This document shows, in pieces, positions 7,990-16,398 of a stretch of 32,000 bases of DNA. The stretch is from Promethearchaeum syntrophicum. Its GTDB lineage: Archaea; Asgardarchaeota; Lokiarchaeia; Sigyniarchaeales; Promethearchaeaceae. The DNA lies in NCBI RefSeq assembly GCF_008000775.2, contig NZ_CP042905.2, positions 1,770,001-1,802,000 on the forward strand. The letters are read 5' to 3'. Numbering within the stretch: position 1 is the first letter of the stretch; every line of letters begins with the position of its first letter. A program made the translations under genes and the position numbers. Below the pieces are notes generated by a model. That model worked only from the letters and a program-made list of their open reading frames with translations, ran no database searches and was not told the DNA's origin.

Positions 7990-10900
7990 ATGAAAAAAAA
8001 TACTAAAAAATCTAAAATTATAGGAATTTTAGCAATCTTACTTCTACCAAGCATATTGCAACTTATTTATATTGAAAGCTACCAGAAATTTACATCGAAT
8101 GAAATTAATGTGAATCTTCTCTTTGATACCGAGAGCGAAAATCATCTAGCGAATCCTCAAATACCTAAAACATCAGATTATCCTCCATATATTGATAATG
8201 ATACAATAGCTTTCTGTGATTTTAATGAAGGAGCAGTTGAATATTTTGGACTTAGTTCTCACTCTTATGCTGAACTAATTAATCCTGGAATTGAAGGTGA
8301 ACAGAGTATAATAATCCCATATAACAAACAACCTGTTAGTTATGGCATCTCATTTTCAAATGAAAATATTAATATTACTAATGGAACAATTGAATGTTAT
8401 TTCCGCCCCCTCTATATTCGTGAAAATAGTCTTCCATACAAAATTATGTTTATTGGTCAAAATCCTCTATGTGAAGTTTACCTTCAAGGGAATTCTGTAT
8501 TTGCCTGGCATACCGCTGAACGAAATGTTTCTATAAGCCCAACAATACAATCAAATACCACTCTACAACTGGATGTTACACATCATATTGCTTATAGTTT
8601 TGGAGAAATGGGGCAAAAATTATATCTTGATGGTAATCTTGTGGCAGAAAACAGTTTCACAGGAGGAATATGCAATGAGACACTTTCTTGGGGATTGGGT
8701 TCTAATAATCTAAGACCTAGTGCAATTGGAGTTTATGATATGTTTAAAATAAGTAACATTCAACGTGATTCATTTGATGATCGTCGTGCTTCCAATCCTT
8801 CCTTTTCAAGTCAAGATTTAAATCCTCGATTACCCTCGTATCATATCGATTCCGATACTTTTCTCTTTTGTGGATTTGAAACAGGCTATGGGATAGAAAC
8901 TCAGACAGATGTATTTTTAAATGATATTGATAGAGATAATTACGATGAAACTGGTAGTATTCCTCATGGTATCTGGGGGGATACAAGTTTCTTTATTGGA
9001 TATGATCTTCATGCACGATATCGGATAGGAAGCCCATATATATATTCAAATATGTCTAAGGGAACTATTGAGGTCGATTTTATGCCTTTTTATCTTGCGG
9101 ATGATGGACATGATTATAACATTCTTTTTATTGATTCCTCCGATACTACTCCATTTCAGTTATTTATAAGGGGAAATTATCTTTATGCTCAACATAAAAA
9201 TAATACTGGAACTGCAAGTCCGTTATTAATATCCAATGTTTCGCTAACCGTTGACACGTATTATCATCTAGCATATACTTTTGGACCTCTTGGGTCTAAA
9301 TTATATATAAATGATGATTTAGTTGCAGAAAGTAATTGTAATTTCGGAATCGGACTTCTTGATCAATGGATATGGGGCTTTGGTCATACCGAAGATATTT
9401 TCCCCGCTATTGGAGTCTATGATAATCTAAGGATTAGCTCAATACAGCGTTCTAATTTTACTGATGTCTTTAAAATTGATCCCGAATTTAGTCGTAGCAG
9501 TATCCATCAATATGTCCCCTCATATAATTATTTTGATAATAACACATTCTTGCTTTATGATTATGACACTGACCCAATTTCACTAAGATATGGTGCAAAT
9601 TCTATAGATAGTAGAGGCGAAATAATTACTTCTGGTATTATTGATGATCGCAGCTTCATGTTAAAGTACGATGAAAATGACAACAAAGCTCACACATTTC
9701 TGTATAGTGATTATATTAATTCAACAATGGATCAAGGCACTGTTGAATTCTATTTTCATCCTCTATATCTTGCAAATGATGGAAAGGAATATATTGTAAT
9801 GTTCATCACCAGTCTCGACCCTCCTGCCTGCTTAATAACAATTCGGGGGGAATATCTTTATGCTCAGCATTCTTATAATAATGGACAAAAGAGTCCTTTA
9901 CTTAAATCAAATATCAAACTTGAAATGGGTCAAACTTATCATATTGCTTACACATTCGGAGAAAATGGCTCTTTTTTATATATTAACGGCCAACTAGAAT
10001 CGAGTAGCGAATGCACATTTGGAATTGGAACCCCTTCCCATTGGCTTTGGGCTTTGGGTTATTGTTATTACATTCGTCTCCCTCCTGCTATAGGAATTTA
10101 TGATTTTTTCCGTATAAGCATGAATCAGAGAACGAATTTTTCTACCCGTCCCCCAATCAGCACAGTATTTAGCTCTGATGATCTTAATCCTAATCTACCC
10201 CCATTCCCTCCAGAACCGATGACACTACCAAATCCTGCTAATGGAATAATATCTCTTGATGGGAACGAATCGGTCGGGTATGCAATTTTATGCGGAATTA
10301 GAGATTACCCTGGTTTTTCAGCAGACTTGCTATATACTGAAAATGATATTAATGATTATAAATCATTTTTGCGCGGAAAATTGCATTTTCAGGATGAAAA
10401 TATACAGATTCTTCTTAATTCTCAAGGTACGATATCCAACATTAATCAGGCTTTTGCAGATGTAAAAAGTAAAATGGATGAAAACGATTATCTGTTCTTT
10501 ACTTTTAGCGGACATGGAAGTTCATCCACCGAAGTTCTTGGATTTCCATGGGCTCATACTTTTAATTATGCCGATTGGCAACCGTGGGACATGACTTGGG
10601 ATTACGAGGTAGAAGATGCCATTTACACGAGAGTCCATTTTACATCGATCAATCTCCAAGAAAATCAAGATTTCATTTATATTGGGGATTATAATAACCA
10701 AGATTTTTATTCTACAGTTATAACGGGGCAACATACAGATTATTGGTCTGATTGGGTGGAAGCATCTCATATCTATGTTAATCTTGTGTCCGATGGTCTG
10801 GGTGAAATTGAAGGATTAGTAATAGACAAAGTTGAATCTGTGTTTTATTGTCCTCCATTTTATTTTCATCCTTATGACGGTCTCGAAAATGGTTTTTCAG

Positions 10901-11766
10901 ATATAGAGTTCGAAAATCTATTGAAAGGAATTCCAGGGAAAGTTATTAGTATATTCGATTCATGTTTTAGTGGAGCCTTTTGTCGTGCTATGCAAGGTCC
11001 AAATCGGTTGCTTTTCGCTTCGTGTGGAGATCAACAATATGCACTGGAATCATCCAGTGTCCAAAATGGGATATTCACTTATGAGTTTTTAATGAGCTGG
11101 GATAGTTTATATCAAGAAAATATGGGAATACCACCAGCTTTTGAAAAAGTTTTTATTGATGCTAGTATCAATGTTAGGTCTCGTTCATCAGATCTTGGTT
11201 ATGAACAAAACCCATTGAAATTTGACTATATTTCAGGAGACGTGATTGTTTCTCCTTATGTTAATGTTAGTGAAATTTCTCTTAATAGTTCAGATTATAT
11301 TAATGTAGTTTATTCGTCTTATGGATTAGGTTTGGGTGAATTAAATCTTTCACTATATAACTTAGAAAATCAAGAATACATACCATACTCAATTTCTGAT
11401 ATATCCATTTATGATAATAAAATAAATTTCACAATTCCAATTTCTAATTTGGCTGATTATCAGTGTATAGCAATTAATGGGATTATTTATAGTGGAACTG
11501 AAATATTTACTGATTTTGAATATTATGGAGATTATTCTACTCTGTTCTCTGAAGGCGAAGATTCGGATGGGGATGGAATAAATGATTATGAAGAATTTTT
11601 GCAAGGTTCTGATCCTTGGGAAATTTCAGAAGACACAGAGGGAGGATCGAATAACTCCGAAATTTCAGGATATGGATTAAAGTTTTTTCTTATTGGGTCA
11701 TTTTTATCTATTATTAGGATTTTTAGATCAAATAGAAAAAAGACCAGATTGAATCGAGTTTCGTAG
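7990..11766 (+). CDS. Secreted, membrane-anchored caspase-like (peptidase C14, clan CD) protein with three N-terminal LamG/concanavalin-A-like domains
   Basis: Signal-like N-term (SKIIGILAILLLPSILQLIYI); three ~225-aa repeats (TIECYFRPLYI..YKIMFI / TIEVDFMPFYL..YNILFI / TVEFYFHPLYL..YIVMFI); VGYAILCGIRDYPG...NDINDYKSFL, FFTFSGHGSS and ISIFDSCFSGAFC catalytic motifs; DSDGDGINDYEEFLQGSDPW Ca-binding repeat; C-terminal YGLKFFLIGSFLSIIRIFRSNRKK anchor. Confidence 0.9.
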   Translation: MKKNTKKSKIIGILAILLLPSILQLIYIESYQKFTSNEINVNLLFDTESENHLANPQIPKTSDYPPYIDNDTIAFCDFNEGAVEYFGLSSHSYAELINPGIEGEQSIIIPYNKQPVSYGISFSNENINITNGTIECYFRPLYIRENSLPYKIMFIGQNPLCEVYLQGNSVFAWHTAERNVSISPTIQSNTTLQLDVTHHIAYSFGEMGQKLYLDGNLVAENSFTGGICNETLSWGLGSNNLRPSAIGVYDMFKISNIQRDSFDDRRASNPSFSSQDLNPRLPSYHIDSDTFLFCGFETGYGIETQTDVFLNDIDRDNYDETGSIPHGIWGDTSFFIGYDLHARYRIGSPYIYSNMSKGTIEVDFMPFYLADDGHDYNILFIDSSDTTPFQLFIRGNYLYAQHKNNTGTASPLLISNVSLTVDTYYHLAYTFGPLGSKLYINDDLVAESNCNFGIGLLDQWIWGFGHTEDIFPAIGVYDNLRISSIQRSNFTDVFKIDPEFSRSSIHQYVPSYNYFDNNTFLLYDYDTDPISLRYGANSIDSRGEIITSGIIDDRSFMLKYDENDNKAHTFLYSDYINSTMDQGTVEFYFHPLYLANDGKEYIVMFITSLDPPACLITIRGEYLYAQHSYNNGQKSPLLKSNIKLEMGQTYHIAYTFGENGSFLYINGQLESSSECTFGIGTPSHWLWALGYCYYIRLPPAIGIYDFFRISMNQRTNFSTRPPISTVFSSDDLNPNLPPFPPEPMTLPNPANGIISLDGNESVGYAILCGIRDYPGFSADLLYTENDINDYKSFLRGKLHFQDENIQILLNSQGTISNINQAFADVKSKMDENDYLFFTFSGHGSSSTEVLGFPWAHTFNYADWQPWDMTWDYEVEDAIYTRVHFTSINLQENQDFIYIGDYNNQDFYSTVITGQHTDYWSDWVEASHIYVNLVSDGLGEIEGLVIDKVESVFYCPPFYFHPYDGLENGFSDIEFENLLKGIPGKVISIFDSCFSGAFCRAMQGPNRLLFASCGDQQYALESSSVQNGIFTYEFLMSWDSLYQENMGIPPAFEKVFIDASINVRSRSSDLGYEQNPLKFDYISGDVIVSPYVNVSEISLNSSDYINVVYSSYGLGLGELNLSLYNLENQEYIPYSISDISIYDNKINFTIPISNLADYQCIAINGIIYSGTEIFTDFEYYGDYSTLFSEGEDSDGDGINDYEEFLQGSDPWEISEDTEGGSNNSEISGYGLKFFLIGSFLSIIRIFRSNRKKTRLNRVS
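8180..10180 (+). repeat. Three in-frame LamG-like domain repeats, ~675-678 bp period
   Basis: Equivalent GTI/TVE motif codons at 8383, 9061 and 9736 (spacing 678 and 675 bp). Confidence 0.8.
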
Positions 11767-11784
11767 AAAGAAAGAAGCACGAGA

Positions 11785-11813
11785 TTTTTTTCTCTTTTTT
11801 TTTTTTGTTTTTT
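11785..11813 (+). terminator. T-rich probable terminator after the caspase-like gene
   Basis: ttttttctctttttttttttttgttttttg immediately after the stop at 11766. Confidence 0.5.
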
Positions 11814-11855
11814 GGTAAAATTTGGTTTTAAATAAACCTAGTGTATAATCGTTTT

Positions 11856-12908
11856 ATGGCAACCAAAACCGAGTTACTCCCTTGCGATATTATTCCCCCC
11901 AAAATCATCAAATATACCAAAAACCAGCGAATTACCCGCTTTTATACGTACATCCCCTATCCTGAGTGGTTCAAGGTCCAAATGAAACCGATCTTCGAAC
12001 ACCACCGCAAGGCAAACGAGGGATTTACTTTCATGATGGTAGATCCCAATCACAAGAATACTTCCATTGGATCCATCTACTGTGAATTAACCCCCAAGCA
12101 TATGAGCAAGGGAATGCAAATTCCGATTTTTGGGTGGTTACATGCCGAGAGCAAAGAAATTGCGGAACAACTCCTACTCCATGTAGAAAATTTTGTCAGA
12201 GATCGTGGATATCACGAGCTTCGTGGACCGTTGAATATGCCTAAAATGTTCGGGTGGGGGGCGCAAGCAGATTTTTATGACTGCCCAATGTATTGGGAAA
12301 CCCCCCATAACTCCCCCGAAATCCCCAAATGGATTGAAGAATGCGGGTATACGCCCGACACCGAATATATCACCCTCGGACTGACGAATCTTTTAGAAGT
12401 CGACAATCCCTATCCTGAACTGGACATTATTTCCTACCCGATTGCTGAGCTCTTTGCAAATCAGGAACTGATGGCAAAATTGTACCGCCTTATTGAACGG
12501 AATTTCAGCGGATTTTTACCCGATGTGTCCACCGATAAGGAAAGATTCGAGGAGATGGGCAAATTATTGAGAGAAACGGGGCATGGAGAGGATTTCTACA
12601 TTCTGGCGATTAAGAAAGACACCCAAGATTTGGTCGCATTTATCGTGGAAGTCCCCAACATTTTTGAGCAGTGGGCGGGCAACCCGTTAAAAACTATTGT
12701 GGTTGATACGGTGATTGTAGATGAACACTATCGGGGAGCCTATTTCTTTTTCTTTCTCTTTAACGAAATTTACACGAAATTAGCCCCGAAAGGCGTGGAT
12801 GGAGTGGTAAGTGGACTTATCTGGGCAAAAAATATCCCCGCCATGAAAACATTTAGCAAAATCGGAAAAAAGATTCAAAACACCATAGTGTTTCAGAAAT
12901 CTTTTTAG
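11856..12908 (+). CDS. GNAT-fold N-acetyltransferase-like protein
   Basis: Listed ORF starts at GTG 11841; ATG at 11856 (MATKTELL) is more likely. FVRDRGYHELRGPLNMPKMFGWGAQADFYDCPMYWETPHNSPEIPKWIEECGYTPDTEYITLGL resembles GNAT-like 'GP.n....G...' proteins; second half TIVVDTVIVDEHYRGAYFFFFLFNEIYTK resembles the acetyl-CoA binding region. Confidence 0.6.
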   Translation: MATKTELLPCDIIPPKIIKYTKNQRITRFYTYIPYPEWFKVQMKPIFEHHRKANEGFTFMMVDPNHKNTSIGSIYCELTPKHMSKGMQIPIFGWLHAESKEIAEQLLLHVENFVRDRGYHELRGPLNMPKMFGWGAQADFYDCPMYWETPHNSPEIPKWIEECGYTPDTEYITLGLTNLLEVDNPYPELDIISYPIAELFANQELMAKLYRLIERNFSGFLPDVSTDKERFEEMGKLLRETGHGEDFYILAIKKDTQDLVAFIVEVPNIFEQWAGNPLKTIVVDTVIVDEHYRGAYFFFFLFNEIYTKLAPKGVDGVVSGLIWAKNIPAMKTFSKIGKKIQNTIVFQKSF

Positions 12909-13031
12909 ATTTTTTAAAAAAAATATGGCCTAATGAATTGATTAGAATTTAGCTTTAATTAGGTGTGGTAAAAAGTATAGTAAAAAAATTGAAAAAAAAA
13001 TATTATAGAAACAAAATTCCATAATTTCACC

Positions 13032-14564
13032 TTAGTTTTCATAAACAAACTGAAAATAATCAAAATAATTATATGTTGGACCATTATTTTTTTCCAAAGA
13101 TGAAGTAGGCCCGGGCCATATCTCAAATCGACTTAATCCGACTTCCATTCTCATAAAATATTTAAAAGTGTCACCATTTTGAGCATCTGACGTTAGAGAA
13201 TTAAACTGATGAAGCAAATCTACGCACATTTTAATGCCATATATCTCTCTTTTTTCGAATAAAGCTGTAGTGTCAGAGAAATCATATTTTATTGCAGAAC
13301 AAGTTCCTAAATCTTCAAATGAAAGTGTATCCGATTCACTATCTGGAACAAATTTTGAAAGAATATCTGATGTGGTAATAATCCAACTCATAGGGGTAGA
13401 AAGTTTACTTAGAACTCCTTTTAGAAGTATAAACGAGGCTCTTTGTGAACTTGTTGGCTCATCATTTTCTATTGAGAATTTTGGATTAGGCTCTCCAGAT
13501 AAAGTTTGACAAATTTGTTCAAATGATAGAAATTCATCATCATTTTTAAGAACTGAAATATATAAACCTAGAGAATCAATTACATTATAACTATCATGAT
13601 CATCAGTGTCCAAATCCTTATCATCATTTATTTCAACAGCCAAATCCACAAATATGTTTCCAGTTTCATGTATTATTTTTCCTTCTTCTGAAAAATCTGC
13701 ATCTGAAAAACCTACTTGAAATCCTCCTAATAGATCATCCTCACCCCACCAAGTAGGTATTTCACTGAAGACTATGGGGTCTGTAAAAAATTTTCCTTGA
13801 ATTTCTGGATCATCAGTATGATAAAATGATTGAGATGGTTCTGTTGGAAAACCTTGTGGAAGAAAATCATTTGGATCTAAATTTTGTAAACCATATGCAA
13901 TTTCTAAAAGATCATTTACACCATCACCATCAGAATCTTGACTTTTTGGATTCATATTATGTTCAAGTTCATATTTATCCCACAATAAATCCGCATCAGA
14001 ATCAGGATTCCAGAAATAGGTATGATATGTATAATATTCTTCATAATCGGTTAAACCATCATCGTCAGTATCCACTTTATCAACCCTGCTTCCTATTTGC
14101 TCTTCTTGGTGATCCCAAAGCCCATCCCCATCAGTATCGGTATCTTGGTTTACTTGAATACCTGCATATTTATTTACTGTATCTGGACTATTATCACTAA
14201 CTACAATTTCTATCATATGAAGCCCAATGTATAATGGATGAAAGGTATGAGTGATTTTCCCCCCGCTTTGCCAACTGCCAGAACCAATTTTATATACCAA
14301 TTCATCAAGTTGAAGAAAATTACGGTGATCATGAATAACATAGCCACTAGGATCATAATCGGAATCAGTTACAGCAAGCCATTCTAATCTGGGAGTTTCC
14401 CAATGCCAAATTGTTGATGGTCCAATCATCTCTCCTACTTCTAATGGATCGTCCGTTGGTGGAGGCGGGAGTATAATCATTCCTAAAACCTCCTTAAAAC
14501 CAAAGGATTGGATCATTAAAACTCCCATAAATGCGATTATTATATATTTTAGTTTTTTTTTCAT
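13032..14564 (-). CDS. Secreted protein with thrombospondin type-3 / EF-hand-like Asp-rich repeats
   Basis: ORF listed from GTG 14576; ATG at 14564 gives MKKKLKYIIIAFMGVLMIQSFGFKEVLG (signal-like). Repeats DTDGDGLWDHQEEQIG, DTDDDGLTDYEEYYTY, DSDADLLWDKYELEHNMNP, DSDGDGVNDLLEIAYG. Confidence 0.75.
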   Translation of the reverse strand: MKKKLKYIIIAFMGVLMIQSFGFKEVLGMIILPPPPTDDPLEVGEMIGPSTIWHWETPRLEWLAVTDSDYDPSGYVIHDHRNFLQLDELVYKIGSGSWQSGGKITHTFHPLYIGLHMIEIVVSDNSPDTVNKYAGIQVNQDTDTDGDGLWDHQEEQIGSRVDKVDTDDDGLTDYEEYYTYHTYFWNPDSDADLLWDKYELEHNMNPKSQDSDGDGVNDLLEIAYGLQNLDPNDFLPQGFPTEPSQSFYHTDDPEIQGKFFTDPIVFSEIPTWWGEDDLLGGFQVGFSDADFSEEGKIIHETGNIFVDLAVEINDDKDLDTDDHDSYNVIDSLGLYISVLKNDDEFLSFEQICQTLSGEPNPKFSIENDEPTSSQRASFILLKGVLSKLSTPMSWIITTSDILSKFVPDSESDTLSFEDLGTCSAIKYDFSDTTALFEKREIYGIKMCVDLLHQFNSLTSDAQNGDTFKYFMRMEVGLSRFEIWPGPTSSLEKNNGPTYNYFDYFQFVYEN

Positions 14565-14769
14565 TTTTTGTGTCACTACTTTTTCTGCCTTTTAATGAAA
14601 TCTTTTGCCATCTACATTGTTAGAATATTAGAAATAAGTTTTTTTCTACACAAATATCTTTTCATCATCAAAAGTGCATTCTAAATATGATAACAAATAT
14701 ATAAAAAACTTTGGTAAAAGACTTTTTCAAGAATTTGTTTTTTATATATGTTCCCAACATAACCCCTTC

Positions 14770-16092
14770 ATGGCCTCTGTAGCTAAGCTAGAAACACCAA
14801 AAAAACCCCATAGAAAATCGCTCCCCAAAATGTGCAACTCGGTGGATGAATTCTATGCCCTCTACGACGAAGATGGATTTATGGTTGGAGATTCCGACCG
14901 CCATCGGGCATATCACGTAAAAATAATCCGCCCCACAACCATGCACCATGCAAATATTGTAGTTTCCCTGTATAAAGAAATCTATCAAGGGACATATCCG
15001 TACTTGGAAATGCTCGATCCGACCTATGTAAAAGAATCCTTTGCCGATCCGAAGTGTTATTGGGGGATTTTCAGAATCGAACAAGGCTCTCCTGAAGCGG
15101 GCACCGACGTTGGCTGTTTTACCATCGTAAATGATTTTAACACCTGCACTGCCTATTTCCGAGGGCTCAATGTTCTCCCCCAATTTCATAAAAAGGTCGG
15201 GGTTCGGGAACTTGCCACCTCCATGTGTGTCCATTTTCTGAACGCAACCATGGGACGAATCGATAAATGGTATATCGAAGCGCGAACCGCCCACAATAAA
15301 GTGCAATATATTTCACGGTTAGCAGGCTGTAAGACTCAGGCCCTATTACTTAATAAAGATTATTTTCTGGGGAAAAAAGAAAGTGATTGTTTACAGGTCG
15401 CTTATTGGGATCATGCCCTTGAATCCAGAAGAGTAATTCCGAAATCTATTCTCCCCGAAATATTGCCCTTTTATTATCGCGCCCAACAGATGCACAATCT
15501 CCCCCATATGAAACGACTCGAAATGACTCCGATTAAATTTGAAACTGAAGATCTCGATTATCATGAAACTTTTCGCATACTCACCAAGGTGAAACTATCG
15601 GCGACGAGGGATAAATACGGGTACGTGTCGCTCTCTATCAAGGATCCTCACACGGGAAGTTTTCTAACGGCCCTTCATACCGAGTCCGTGAAAAATATCG
15701 AAAAAATCAAATATCACTGTACGGATGTATCGGTGCTAGCAGGATTTTATTTGTTGCTCAAAAATTATTCGCTGAGGCAAAAAGTGGAATATGTGGAATG
15801 GCAAGTCCCTGTGTCGGATGTTGTGGCGTGTAAATTTTTATTCGGGCAAAATTTCACTATCATGGGTTATATTCCCGCGTGGATTCCCAGTTGGGAGCGA
15901 GTTTTGATGTTTGAGGATGCGGTGGTGTTAACCTGGACATCCGGGGATTCGGAGATTGAGAATATTAAATTACTTCCCGAAGGAGAAGATCTGCTCAATT
16001 TAATCTCTATGAATCATGATATTTCCCAAAATCCGTTAATATTACCCGAAATTGAGCAGATAATCACCCCAACCCAGATTGAAATTATCTGA
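14770..16092 (+). CDS. GNAT-like N-acetyltransferase domain protein
   Basis: ORF listed from GTG 14674; ATG at 14770 (MASVAKLE) is the likelier start. IVVSLYKEIYQGTYPY...GIFRIEQGSPEAGTDVGCFTIVNDFNTCTAYFRGLNVLPQFHKKVGVRELATSMCVHFLN...IEARTAHNKVQYISRLAGCKTQ is GNAT-like. Confidence 0.55.
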   Translation: MASVAKLETPKKPHRKSLPKMCNSVDEFYALYDEDGFMVGDSDRHRAYHVKIIRPTTMHHANIVVSLYKEIYQGTYPYLEMLDPTYVKESFADPKCYWGIFRIEQGSPEAGTDVGCFTIVNDFNTCTAYFRGLNVLPQFHKKVGVRELATSMCVHFLNATMGRIDKWYIEARTAHNKVQYISRLAGCKTQALLLNKDYFLGKKESDCLQVAYWDHALESRRVIPKSILPEILPFYYRAQQMHNLPHMKRLEMTPIKFETEDLDYHETFRILTKVKLSATRDKYGYVSLSIKDPHTGSFLTALHTESVKNIEKIKYHCTDVSVLAGFYLLLKNYSLRQKVEYVEWQVPVSDVVACKFLFGQNFTIMGYIPAWIPSWERVLMFEDAVVLTWTSGDSEIENIKLLPEGEDLLNLISMNHDISQNPLILPEIEQIITPTQIEII

Positions 16093-16105
16093 TTTTTTTT
16101 TTTTT
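16093..16105 (+). terminator. Poly-T tract, probable terminator
   Basis: Uninterrupted T13 run directly after the stop codon at 16092. Confidence 0.5.
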
Positions 16106-16398
16106 AATCCTTTGCTTCATTTTTTTTTAACTCAAGATCTCAAGATCTAAAGTTTTAAAACATTCCGTATAGAAGACAACTAGTTTCTGGGAATCCCCTG
16201 TTAAATGCTTCAATAAATCAAAAATACTCAAATCCTTGGTAGTTTGCATGGCCCCAGGTTTTAATATCGGTGCTCATATCGATTATATTTTAGTTCAATT
16301 CGATAATTTTCAACCAAGTTAATTTTTTCTTTTTTCCATAAAAAATTAAGAAAACGCTTAATGTGCCAAAATTTAAAAAGGAGAACCCGTAAAGTATA

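Noticed and set aside
8342-11780. Short ORFs inside or opposite the LamG-caspase gene (8342, 8744, 10256, 10522, 11389, 11586)
   Set aside because: All overlap a single 1258-aa ORF with coherent domain structure.
13234-15306. ORFs 13234..13509, 13826..14200 (plus) and 14788..15306 (minus)
   Set aside because: Antisense shadows of the TSP3-repeat and GNAT-like genes; the His/Gln-rich 13826 ORF is the antisense of Asp/Glu-rich repeats.
16125-16150. Short direct repeat ctcaagatctcaagatct
   Set aside because: Only two overlapping 8-10 bp units; too short to support a functional call, no array or inverted structure seen.
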